Shown here piece after piece: positions 1 to 12,141 of a stretch of 64,000 bases of DNA. This stretch comes from Hyphochytrium catenoides. Lineage: Eukaryota > Protista > Hyphochytriomycota. The notes beneath the pieces are model-generated. The model ran no database searches. It was not told where the DNA came from and worked only from the letters and a program-made list of their open reading frames with translations. The position numbers and the translations under genes were made by a program. Where the stretch lies: NCBI GenBank assembly GCA_900088475.1, contig FLMG01003138.1, positions 6,679 to 70,678 of the forward strand, given 5' to 3'. How positions within the stretch are numbered: the first letter of the stretch is position 1; each line of letters opens with the position of its first letter.

Positions 1-250
1 TACCTGATCCTTTCTGGAACAAATTCTTCCTCCTCTTCATCATTCCGGCGCCGAGTGTTCCTTTCCTTTCGTCTAGGTTGCTCTCTTATCTTGGGGGTCT
101 TGTCAGTCTCTAGCTGCAAGTTCGTTAGTCCTCCAGCCTAATAAGAAGCAGGCAGCCCCGAGACGGGGTCAACACGCCAGGTGATAGTACCTGCGCGGCG
201 AGTGGCTTGTGCCTTGCTGAGGAATTCTTCTTGGTGGTTAGCTTTCCCAT
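1..250 (-). CDS. BYSL: Bystin/ENP1 (40S biogenesis factor), 5' exons only; continues past the window edge
   Basis: Manual splicing gives MGKLTTKKNSSARHKPLAAQ|LETDKTPK...NDEEEEEFVPERIS, which matches the bystin N-terminus pattern (xHxPLxxQ...EEEEyV..rlS). The intron is GT-AG with a CTAAC branch point. Confidence 0.7.
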
Positions 251-962
251 CTTGGGCAGGTTTGACTTCTAGTTGCACAAAACCCTCGTCCAGAAATGTT
301 GTGATACGTCGTACTGCTCGATGGGGATGTCTTCAAGCTTCCTATAGATCTGAGGCCAACGGCGGACAGTGCAGATGTCCGAGGCTCTGGGCCGAGGTTG
401 AGCTCCCAGCAGCAGCAGCAGCGGCGGTCCCATCAGAACCTCAGCGCACACTTTTCCTTTTACCGGCCTTCTGATTGGCGCTCAATGCCTGGTCCTAAGG
501 ACAATGATTCGGAATCCATCTCAGAGCAAGCCTTTATATTCAAATTATATTGAATTCTGTCATGAATACAAAAAGGTGGTTTCTCGCACCTTTTTGATTT
601 TTTGATTTTTTGGCGATGGTTCTGATTCATTCCCGACGTCTCTCAGATTGATTGAAGCTTCGAAGCTTGAAGCGCGATGATGGCGTCTCTGTCTGCAGAC
701 CAGGTCATGGAGCTTGGGGCTAATCACATGATTCTGTGGATGGTTTGGAGATTCAAATGTATTGACGCGTGGCATGTGTTATCTTAGTAAGCGTGTTGAC
801 AATTCTAGTGGGCGTTGGCTGGCACGGAAGGGGAAAGGTCATCTAGAAGAAAAGTGGAGATAAAAGGCGTTCCTCGGTTGAACAAAGCAAGTCAAGGTCA
901 ATAGGGGTCATTTCCTCGCCGTCCTCCGCCATTATGGGAGGCCGTAGGTGAAAACGGCAAGT

Positions 963-3900
963 ATGGCATCAGAAAAGCAAGGCGATGCGCGACTCCTTCC
1001 TGCCGCTCGCCGCAGAAGAGACGCCTTTAGCTTCGTCGGGCAGGGGATAGTCGCTCTGTCGGAGATTCAGGTGCCTTCCTCTTTGACTTGTTGATGCTCC
1101 AGGCCAGCGCATGCGATGGTGACTATACTCTTTTCTCGAGCAGTCCGCTAGCAGTCCACAGACTAAGTACCTTAATCTACACAGCAATAATCTGCTGTCT
1201 CTGGATGGCACTCAGGAATATAAAGAGTGAGGCTTCCCCTACTCCGAGAGTTTATGGCCGCTGCGCTGACCGGCATTATATATAGGCTGGTGGAGCTCAT
1301 TGTCTCGTCAAACTGCTTAGAGGACGTAAGAACGCTAGGAAAGGGAGGTCTGGTTCACCTGGAAGTTCTGGATCTAGCATGCAACAGGTAAAACAGACAT
1401 CCGTGCCCGCTTGGCGCGACCTATTGCCGGTGCTGAACTAACCCTAAGTCTTGAAGGATCAAGACGACAAAGGGGTTTCCCGCACTCCCTGCACTCCGGA
1501 AGCTGGTGCTTAGCTATAACGAGTACGTTAGATCGCGTTGAAGGATTCTCTATCTATCTGTGTCTTACTTAGAGCTTCCTCGCGCTCCTCTTTTCCCAGG
1601 TTGGAAGACCTGTCAGGTCTTGCAAATGTTCCTAAGCTGGAAGGCTTACAACTGCTGGACATCAGGGGTAATCAGCTGGCGACGCTAATGAGCTTACAGT
1701 CTCTTCAGGGCCTACAGGTTCAAAGGCTGGACTTAAGGCTTGACTTAACCGACTTCACGATGGAACCTCTCGCATTCCGCTTTCTTAGTGCCAAGACCCT
1801 AGTTGCCAACCCTTCCTCTAAAACTTAAGCCCTAGTTGTTTCTTTTCTATGCAAGCCTCTTCTCGGTTCATTTTGTCTGTGCCTCCACCGCTGTTGCTTC
1901 TCCATCCCGTTCCTTCCGCTACGCACACTCATCAACTAATGTGCTAAACAACAGGCCCTTTCAGAGCTTCGCCTTCAGTCCAGAGACGGAAAGCACGCCA
2001 ATCCGGTTTGTCGTGTTGCCGGATACCGACGATTCGTTCTCAAGGTAAATGTTGATAGACCCTTCCCCCTAGCGTCTTTTGGCAGCCCACACATGGTTCG
2101 AGAGAGGGAAAAATTACACTGATATAGTGCGAATGTGGTAAGAAGGAATACGGCAAGAATGAGGGAGGAAGTGCTTGAATTAAAGGTGGCCTTCGCGAGC
2201 AGTGACAATGATATAGGAGGGCCGAGATCTGGTAGCACTAAAGTTGGTGTAGATGATGCCAGGCCTGAAGCTCTTGGACTACTATAGCTCTTCAATGGAA
2301 ATAGTGCCAACCTTGGAAGCCAGCCCTCTGAACTTCGACGATACTTTGACTTCACTGCATTCTGCACCCAGCCCGTCCCATACTGCCAAGGAAGACATGA
2401 TTATAGAACAGAATAGAAGCGAGCGTCTTCTTCCTTCTCCTTTAGCAGGGGATTCCTCTTCTCAGCATCCGACTGAAGCGTTTTCTCCGGCGAGCTCTAT
2501 ATCACTTCCTCGCTTTGACGCTGTTGCGCGGTATTTTCGTCAAAGGCAACTTACCGAAAAAACAGGCGATAAGTCGGAAGAAACACCAGCAAGCAGTACC
2601 TTGTTTGGTGAGTCCGGGGCAGACGGCGACTCGAATCCTTGGCAGGAGCAGGTGCTTTCTATGCAATTCTGTCTTCTCGCCTTGTCATATCCCTTATGGT
2701 TCTGTTCCCTCCTCTAGGGACAGTCATGGGCAAGGACAATCGCGACCCATCCTCCGTTCTCCTTGTTATCACTTGACCTCGACCAACCTCCTGTGCCGAA
2801 GCATTTGCCAAGCCGGGAACCAGCATTGAGGTAGGGCTCTTTACACTGTGAAAGGGATTAGCTTATTGAGGCGTTTGCTCAGTAGTGTACTCACCCTAAC
2901 CGTGATATTTGATGCTGCTGAGCAGTTACCAGGGCACAGCCGTACTGAGGGACGCAGAAGTACAGGCCTGTAGCACCCAGGAAGATGCAATCGTTCAAGC
3001 AAACCTGCCAACTATTGAGGCGCAAGAGGCAGCGAAGGCAAAAGAGGCAGCACAGGAGCGCTTATCAGCAGCTGAAGAGCAGGTAGTCTGGAGTCTGGAT
3101 GAGATGAACGGGACATGTCACTAAGAGCGCGAGACAACAGGTTCGGTTGCACATCGCTACCATAGACAGCCTGGAAGACAAGCTGACAGCAAGCATAGAC
3201 AAAATAACAAGCTTGCAACAGGAGCTAGAAGAGGTGACCTTTAGCTACTTTATACACAGTATCTCCTACCTCACCTGTCTTTGCCAGGCCATAGCGAGCG
3301 GTAAGGCAGGGGAGAAGAGGGCAGAACATGCGGAGGAGCAAGTCCGAGAGCTAACAAGGGAGAGGCAGAGCTTCCGACAGGACGCCGAGTCGTTGGAAGT
3401 CTGTCTGGAAGATATGAAATCTAGGAACCGAGAGTTGCAGAGTAAGCTTCTGGAGTTGCAACAAAGAGAAAGTAGTGCTCAGGTACGCCCGTACAGAAGC
3501 TGAGACTGGTGGGCTTTCTATTTGAAGAACCCTAGTCATCAATTGAGTTGTATAAGCTTTGGAAGGGCTGACCCTCATCCTGTGTGCAGGATGCTCTCAT
3601 AGAGAAGAGAATAGAGGTAGAGAGCCTTCGTCACCAGGTGCAGTTTCTTCAACAAGCCCAAAAGGATAAAGTTGGAACCGAAGAGTTGCAGAGTAGCGTA
3701 CGATCTCACAAGCTCCGAGAACCCAGTCCTATGGGCCGCCTGACCTCCCCCTTTTTCCTTGCCTTTACGATACGAAGATGCTTGCGGATGTTGCCACGAT
3801 GCGGCGTGATCATGAGGAGGAACGAAAGAGGCTCAGACAACAGATAGAGGAAGCGCAGTCAGCAAAAGAGTCCCTCACAAGCTTGGTAATTAAGGCTCCG

Positions 3901-5951
3901 CTTTGTCTGCTTGGATGACTCATGACCGCATCTGTCCCCAGGTGGAAGAGATAAAGGGTAAACTGCGCAATCAGGAGTCACTCCTCAAGGATCTGCGCCA
4001 TCGCCATCTCCAGGAAATGCAGTGGCAGAAAGAGCGGCATGAACAAGAGGTGAGCCAAAATACGAGTATGGGGAAAGATTACGAGAGTTTTGACCAAGGA
4101 TTTTTCTCCTATCTACCTTGGCCGCCGCGCATGCAGTCCGAGCTAGTACGTAAGAAGTTTGAGCTAATGACAGCAGAGGTAGAGTCAGAGCTGCGGCGCA
4201 GGGCAGCAGAAGGCCAGGCCGCAATCAACGCAGTGAAGGCGGCATACCAGGTAGTCCTCTAACAATATCTCTTGCATCCGCCACCTTGGTTGCTTTTTAG
4301 CTAAAGCCCTGCAATGCACACTACAGAACCAGATCCTCGTCGTGCAGAAGCTGAAGGAAGAGCTCGCCATTTCAAAAAAGCGCGAGGAGGCAAGGCACCA
4401 AGATAATGCAAGCCTTCAGAACTTGGTGAGGTTCGCTCGGCACCATGATACGATCGCTCTCGTCTAATCTCAACTTACGCCCCGAACGCCCCTATCTTCT
4501 TTGAAGGCCTTGGAGCTCAAGCACAAGCTGCAACAAATGGAATCCGCCTTCGCACTCAAGGCAAAGGTTAGTAAGGTCCATTCTGTGACTAATCGGCTGC
4601 TCCGTTGTTGATAAGCCACGATTCTCAGGAGGTAAACCTAAAGCTGGAGAATGAACGGAACCTGCTCCTCGAGAAGGTAAGATGCTACCGTTTTATAGCC
4701 AGGGAGTAGTGCTTCTAACTGGGTTTTGGGTGCTGGCTCCTCTTCTTACTGGACAGAGCCATGCTTTGGAGCAAGAGATATGTTCGCTAAAGGCGGAGCT
4801 GGATGGTCTCAAGCAGGAAAAAGAGAACTATAGGAAGGAAGTTGAAGCCAGACTCAACGAGAAGGACTCAAAACTTGACGAATTACGGACTGCGCTGGCC
4901 GTGAAGGAGGTAAAATAGCGACTATACGACTGACAAGGTTTTCAATACACATCTGCTTCAGACACTGACATTTTTACTCTATACCGATTGGCCTGCACTT
5001 TTAGAAAATAGCAGAAGACCAGCTATTAGCTCTTGCGCAGCTCAAAGAAGAGCAGCAAAGGCAGTTACAAGAGAAAGCACAGGAAATGGATGACCTTCGA
5101 CGTCTGCTAAGAGAGACCGAAGAAGATTACGAGGAGCTTCTGGAAGCAAAGGAAGCTGCAGATATCCGACTGCAGGACAAAGAGGACCTATTGCTAGAAC
5201 TACAAAAAATGGAAGAAGCTCTTGCTAGTCAAGAAGCAACCGGAGAGAGAGAGGTGATGACAGACTAGTCCTCCCACTTTCTCAATTTGCACTTCTGACT
5301 TCCATTCCGTCACCGGACACCATTACCAGCGGAGGGAGGCGGAAGATCTAAGAGCAATAATATCTAGCAAAGACCAAGCACTTCAGTATGTCAGCGAGGA
5401 GATTGATAAGATGAAGGACTCGTTTGAGGCTAAGGAGACAGAGCTGCAGGAGGAAGTATCTTTTCTAAAAGCTCAGGTCTACTAAACGTCTCATGTCTAT
5501 GGACTTCAGAGACTCACAACTTTATAACGGTGTTCAGGTTGAGGAGCTGCATGCAGCTGTAGACGCGAAGGAAGAGATGCGAAGGAAGCTGGAGTCAGAC
5601 ATAGACCAGCTTAAGGTAGAAAAGGTAAGAAATATAGAAAATATCACACCTTCAGTCATAATTGATTGCGCTTGCTCTGACTTTTCCCACAGTTGCAGGT
5701 CCAGGCTGACGCTCACGATGCGGAACAGCGTGTGCGGACAACGGAGGTAGAGATGAAAATCTTAATGGAGCAGGTTGGGCAGAGATGAGAGGCCTTCTAC
5801 GCTCTCTCATGTTACGCTCCCTCAGGTGGCTGCTAACCCACGCCCTCTCTCCTTCTTGAGGCAGATGGACAAGGAAAGAGCCAGACACCAGAGTACGCTG
5901 AAGAAATTAGGTGTCTTTTTGCGGCAAGTGGAGGCAAGCCCATTGGCATAA
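963..5951 (+). CDS. LRRCC1: LRR plus long coiled-coil centriolar protein, LRRCC1/VFL1-like (multi-exon)
   Basis: Spliced LRRs (YLNLHSNNLLSL, LEVLDLACNRI, LRKLVLSYNE, LQLLDIRGNQL) and an LRR cap NPVCRVAGYRRFVLK|MMPGLKLLD, followed by many E/K/Q-rich coiled-coil exons ending at TAA 5949-5951. Confidence 0.75.
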
Positions 5952-6157
5952 AGTTTCCCTTGGAGCGCTAGATGAAACAGAATGTTCTCAAGTGAAGTCG
6001 TTCAAAGCTATTTTCTGTCTGCCCTCGGTATTCTAACGTCTCCTTTTAGCTCTCGGGCCTTTGCTCTTACTGTTACCCTATTAGAGGTTGCTTCGCGAGT
6101 ATCCTTATATTTATTCAGTACATTACTTTGTATAACTTTTCTGGCTCCTCTGACTGA

Positions 6158-8650
6158 TCAATCCCTGAGTTTATCCCACGCTGTAGACTTATTAACAACT
6201 GCCTGAGGAGGCAGAGGCTTCGCGTCAATCCCCTTGAACCTGTAACAGAATGTAACCAACGACGACACGTTAGACTTCAACATTCAGCGGCTCTGTTGTC
6301 AGGGTTAAGGGCCGGATTAGACAATGCCTCCAAAAGCAATAGCTACAAGCCAGAGATACAGAAGGGAATCTGTAGCCAACAGAAGGCGGACATTCTTTCT
6401 TCGCCACTTGCTTGGTAGACGTTAGGGGTCTGACGTCTGGGGATATGTGCTCTTTATGTTGCTTGTCCTTACCTCCTGTGAGATACAGGGTCATAGCCTA
6501 ACCTTGAAAATTCTTCTAATCTTGCAGCGGCAATCCTATGAAGAGAACGTTCTTCCTCCTTGTCAGCCCTCTTCTGACTCTTCTCAGAAAAGGTCTTCTC
6601 ATGCTCTTTTGCCTTTTTACACCGAGTGACAGCTGCATCAGTCACGTTCAGCCGTCTGATAAGCCGCTCTTCGTCCTTCACGTCCTTGGTAAGGATATCG
6701 TAGACCATCCCCTCACTGCTCTTAAATGACTCTGCGATGGCATCGCCATTGGAAACCAAAGAGGGTAAAAAGCAGCTAGTTAGAGAGGACGCTAGCAAAG
6801 AGCAGGTCTTCCCGCTCTGCCCATCATTTAAGGTTGGCACTACTCGGCTGCCCAAGGCGTATGATACTATCCACTTCAGGCGATCTCTCCCGGGCTATAC
6901 TCTCTCTCTCTCTCTCGTTCTTTCTCGCTGCTGATATTGTTCTCTCGCTGGTTGCATTTCAGGTATTGTGAAGATCTCTTAGGGTCCAGTGCTTACCAGG
7001 CAGTGCTCGACTTTGTCGTTTGCTCTTGTCTTCTTTGGTCTTCTCCAACTTCTGCTGAAACTCCTGATCCTTTGCCTCATTGTAGAACTTTGACGTTAGG
7101 GGGTTGAGCCCACTTCTCTCTCTCAGTCTTCTAACTGCTGCCTCCTTGGACTGGCTCTGCTGTTCGTGATCTTTCTGGCCAGAGCTATTTTGATTCCTGG
7201 TTACATGGCCATGGTCGAATGGTGGGAATGCAAGTCGTAGGAGGTTAGAAAGAGTCACATATCACCGGCGGCTCTTCGTGAGCAAAAGAACTTCTAGACC
7301 AAGAAGAGGGCACCTGTGGACGCATAGTTTGGGGAGACATTTCGAAGATCTCAAAGGCAAAAGTACTTACATGTTGGTGATTATGTTATAACCCGCAGAG
7401 TGGCGCATTGGCACAGAGCTTTGAGGCCGCTGTACACTCGTTCTTGTCATGTAACAACAAATGGAAAGAATATCAGGTGCGAATGACGAACAGTCAAGAG
7501 GGAGATTAAGACTATATGATGCATGGTCGATAATACGAGGGACAGCAAAGTAGGTAAGAATGTAAGTAGAGCTACCAGACGCACGGCTAAAGTAAAAATC
7601 ACGGAAGAAGGGAGTATGGAGAGCGTGGCCAGTCTGAGGCAGCGAAGTGGAAGGTGACGGCCGGGAAATAGCAGAGAGGTAGAGCAGGAGAGTAGTTCTT
7701 ACGACGTCGTAAGGTCTCCGGCATTACTGATAATATTGTACGGCGTCCTGGAGCCGTGATGGCTACTCTTCTTAGGTTTCCCCTTTCCCTCCTTTGCAGA
7801 CGGCAGCGGCTGATGGTCGATGATGTTGTATGGCTGAGAGTGAACCATCGCTTTTTCCTGGGAGAAAGAGAGTATTTCAATTACTGAGGCCAACAGAGAG
7901 TTGACAGGGAGGTGTGGCATGTCTTGCAAGAGGGGGTGAGAAAGGGAAAGGCAAGAGGCGGAGAGTGAGGAGAAGAGAGACCAACTGAGTGAGACAGTGG
8001 AAACTTTTAACTTTAGCAGGGTGTAGAAGGAACATTGGGGATACTAGTACTTGCCTTCAGAACTAGGAGGTGATTGAAAGGTTGTTCCTTACCTTTGCCT
8101 TTTTCAGTGCATTCTGTTGGCGCTCTTGTTCTAAAGTCTTCTGAGAGACCTCCTGCCGAAGCGTAACAGTGTATCATCAGATACTTAGGCGCTCTAGCCA
8201 ACTTTCCCTCTCCATTTCTCTTGGAGAGACTGCTTGGCACATTCCTAACCGCCCTGACACTTCCCGGTCTCCCACTCGCTTCTCTTTTTTATCTCTCTAG
8301 TTCATGCTTTCTTACTTTTCTCTCTTCTCTTGCTAACGCTTTGGCCAACCCTCCTGGCTTACCTTCTCCTTATCTCTAAACTCCTGTAACAAAGGGTTGT
8401 ACGCTCGCTGCTGTCTGGTCATCTCATAATGTGTGACCTTCGCCACTGCCGGGACATCTGCAGCCTTCCACGACGCGGATGTGCGCTCCGCCTTGCAGGT
8501 AAGCATGAGTAAGAGAGAAGAGAAGAAGCCGAGGAGAGGATCTTTGATGAGGGCTAAACAAGGCCCACCCGGAGGAAAAATCCAGAGTACCTTATAGTTC
8601 CTCACTGTATCGGCCCAGGTAGGCTCATCATATGGATCTGTCCGCACCAT
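6158..8650 (-). CDS. Uncharacterised protein with repeated [YL][ND][IP][ILV] motifs, possibly flagellar (multi-exon)
   Basis: Exons join in frame across GT-AG introns: MVRTDPYDEPTWAD...RAYNPLLQEF...PYNIIDH...PYNIISN...GYNIITN...LNPLTSKF...YDILT...GYDPVSHRR|FKGIDAKP...AWDKLRD*. Confidence 0.65.
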
Positions 8651-8942
8651 TGCACCTGCAATTTCTTTTGTTTTTGGTCCCTTGAGGCTAATTCTCTTAC
8701 GCCTCAGGACAACTGATGAGCTGTCGAGGCAAACATGTGCTTCCCGCCTTCTTGTCTCAGCAACTCTAGACTCATAGGCTCCATGCTCTAATATCACTTG
8801 GACTCGGGAGCATTACCTGCGTCTCCTCTCGCTTCTCCTCCATACGATCTCCCTCGGTCGTTCGTCAAGTTCTTTGAAGCTCCTGTCCCATATAACTCTC
8901 TACTCTCTCTCTCTTACCTCTCTCCTTCAGACTTCTCCTTCT

Positions 8943-9015
8943 CTCTCCTCCCACGCTCTTTTGCTCTCCTCCCACTCTCGTTCTCTCTGCTCCCACGCTC
9001 TTTCTCTCTCCTCTC
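8943..9015. repeat. Pyrimidine-rich minisatellite, about 3.5 copies of a 21-bp unit (ctctcctcccacgctctttyy)
   Basis: Units start at 8943, 8964, 8985 and 9006 (partial). Confidence 0.8.
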
Positions 9016-9646
9016 TGCCTCGCCTACGAGCTCCTCACCTCACACCTTCTCTACCAGCTAAACATAGTCTAAGGCTCTTGGCCCAGCTAATAAGTGTACC
9101 TGCAGACAATCAGAATCATGCTTGAAACCGACCATAGAGACGGTAACGGCAATTTATTGACTTTATTTAGTCGTCTCGTTCCTGGGTCCCCTTTAAGGTG
9201 GGAGAATACTAGTGGAGGAAATGATATAGTGGTGTTATCACTAGAGCTTTCGAGGCCATTCAGACTCAATATTGTCGAGTCCAAGAAGTACAGGGGTTAG
9301 ACACAGAGTTTCACTAGGGAAGCACTGCAGTGGTAAGGGCCAAGGCAAGAGAGAGGTAGGATGGCAAACATGCGGCGACCTTTGATCTGCAGGTATATAT
9401 ATAGAGGTATTAGGGGTTCTTATGGCTGACTGCAATCGGTCAATAGTCTTTTCGTCGTCTGGGGGTCTCTCGTGGCCAACGAGACCGGGAAGTCTGCATC
9501 CTCAGCCTCGACAAAGCGATACATATGGTGCTTATGGGTCTCTCCTCTCCTGTCTTCGTCCCCTTCTCCTTTCTTTCTTAAGCTTTACCTACACGGCAGC
9601 GCCTTATGTCCACTCCGATCCGCCGTCTTCCTCTCGTTTGCTATAT

Positions 9647-11224
9647 CTACTTGGCCTCATCTGCCTCTCCTCCATGCTGAGCCACCTCCCCATCCCCATG
9701 ATACTTCAGGAACTTGGTGAAGGTTGGCTTCCTTCCCAAGTGCTTGTACCTGATTTTTCCAAAGCTGTGGCCCTTAGCCTTTAGCTGTTTTACTTCTGGA
9801 GCGGGAAGGAAGTTAAAGGCGTAGTCTTTTCTTCCTTCATAGTCCGCATCCTCATAGGGGTCGACAACCTCTATTTTCCAATCTGTACAAGCGATTGTAA
9901 GTATAGAGCACAAGTACAGGAGAAAAAAGGCGGCAGCGAGACGATCCACCATGCAAGGCTGATTAAATAGGGAACCAGATCGACAAAACGAGGGAAAGAG
10001 AAGGATGGGGAGAAGACCGGGAGAAGCTATTTAGGCATAGACTTGTCCTCCCCTAACAATAGTACTTACTATATTGGCTTGCATGTCTCTTTGCAGCCTC
10101 CAGAGACTCAAAACGCAGCTTCCGGTTCATTACATGTAGAGGGTCGGCCGTTGACACCCAGCCCATGAGAGGGTTGCGCCATTGTGCTGTTTTGAGAGTG
10201 TGATCCCGCAATAAATAAGACCACGGTGACAGACCAGGGTGGGCACGGAGAGAGTATGATCGGTATAATAAGAAACAACAACCGCGCAGTGGAAGAGCTT
10301 AGGGATCAACATCGACGTATTGAGCTAAAACCAGGAGTGCTTCTAGAGCTGCAAGATGCGAGGTAGCTAGAAATGAGCTTGTCCTACTTTCATCGGGGAA
10401 GACAATCTCCCAATGTTCCAAGCGGTTCGTGGGGTTCTGCATCGGGTTGGCCTCGGCTCTACGGATGATCGCCTAAGTAGCAGAGGTCAATTTCCCAGCA
10501 AAGCGGAAAGAGGAAGTAGCAAGAGGTAGCGTGGAGCGAAGACCAGTGGTGGGCAGGGGGATGCAAAGTGGAAGTGGCATATGTAGGTGGTAGCCTCGCG
10601 AAGGTAGTGCTGGGGAACCATCTGTCTCATTAAGGCGAGGAATCGAATGTAAAACGACGGCTTTTACGGTGCTTACAGGTGCATTGAAAGCCTCATCTGT
10701 GTAACCAGTGTTGATTCGCAACTCCTTGGGATCCTCAACCTCATACGGCATATCTGTAAAGGCAATGCCGTTGCTAAACCAAGGAGCTACACAGGCAGGT
10801 GCAAAGGCGGTTAGTGGCTAGCAGTTGATTAATAGCCACCGATATCGCGGGTGACTTACCAACTCGGTTAACGTCTTGCATGGCCTTTCGCTGCAGGGAG
10901 AGGAAGGAGGACATTCAGAAGGTAGTCCAAGAGGACAGCGTCAGCGCCGTATAAAGAGGGTAGCCTAGAAACAGATGCATTCTCCCCATATTTCGCCCGT
11001 TTGAGATTCCAAGGGAGGAGCACGGAAAATGCATTGCTTGAGAAAAGCGACCGAGTTACCTTATTGACTACGCTATCATGCTTCTTTTTCGCTAATGCAT
11101 CTGCTTTCTCCTTCTCCTGAAGAGCCTTCTTCTCTGCCTCAGTGCTGAGCAACCTTGCAGCTGAGATGACCGATGCGGGGCGCAAGCGAGAGGTGATTGT
11201 TAAGGTCCGCGTCTGGGCCAGCAT
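9647..11224 (-). CDS. NDUFS4: Mitochondrial complex I subunit NDUFS4 (18 kDa), 6 exons
   Basis: The exon near 10075-10190 encodes QWRNPLMGWVSTADP...LRFESLEAAKRHA (family signature WxNPLMGW.S..DP). The last exon has KDYAFNF, and the N-terminus MLAQTRTLTITSRLRP is R/S/T-rich like a presequence. Confidence 0.9.
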
Positions 11225-12141
11225 TGTCTTGTTAGAGCATCAACCAGGAGTTATCTCGTGATTAAGATTTGCGCTGCTCCTTCGCAATGGAGCCTATCAA
11301 TCTTCGAACTACGTTAGAATAAGAGACTGGAGCTGCAACTGCATTGATAAATGAAATCCAATGCGAAAGCTGCAGAAATCAGTCCACCAAAAGCTCTGTT
11401 CTTCCTTCCATCGCTGCTTTGGCTGCTGACTGGACTGGTAACTATCTACCGTCCAGAATAAAGAGATTTACCGAAGGTAGCTGTCTCTGGAGTGCTTCGG
11501 CACCCTAAAGCTAACACAGATAAGGGGCTACTGCCCCTAGCGAGCGAAAGTAAACTGCACGAGGCCCAAAAGAAGGGAAGCCTTGTCCCAAAACCCAATC
11601 TGGGATAGCCACACTGATAGCCGAAACTAATTTTCAGGGGTTATCAATCTATTTTAATATCAGTTATCAAGGTCTACAGGTGGCGGGTGATGATGAGAAG
11701 GGGGGGAAAGCAAATGATGCAGCAACGCGGCGATGGAGCTTTGACTGCTTCCTCGTCCAGAAGAGAGCCAGTGCTCATTATCTCCCATGTCAAGTGTGCT
11801 TGCTTCATTGTCCACTGCACATCGTACCCTTATCTTGGTGACCAGCGAGTGATGCTGGGGCCGGGAGACATATATGTGTCCCTAATGGCTTCTGATTGTC
11901 AAAGCCTCAGTCTTGGCGTCTCCGCAGCACTGCCTCGGAGGGAACGTGACAACCGCCTGGCAACCCTAGCTCTGGATGACCTCAACTGCTGTTCAGTGGA
12001 AATTTCTGGGGTCTCTGCTTACTATTCAGTAATCGCTAGGTTGAACACTTGCGATCGCCAGCTGTAGGACCTGATGAAACTGATGATATAGCTAGTGGAT
12101 AATTCCCGTCTTCTTACGCTTTGTTTTCTTACTCGTTCTAT

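Noticed and set aside
560-775. 71-aa ORF upstream of bystin
   Set aside because: No family similarity, and it lies in the divergent promoter region.
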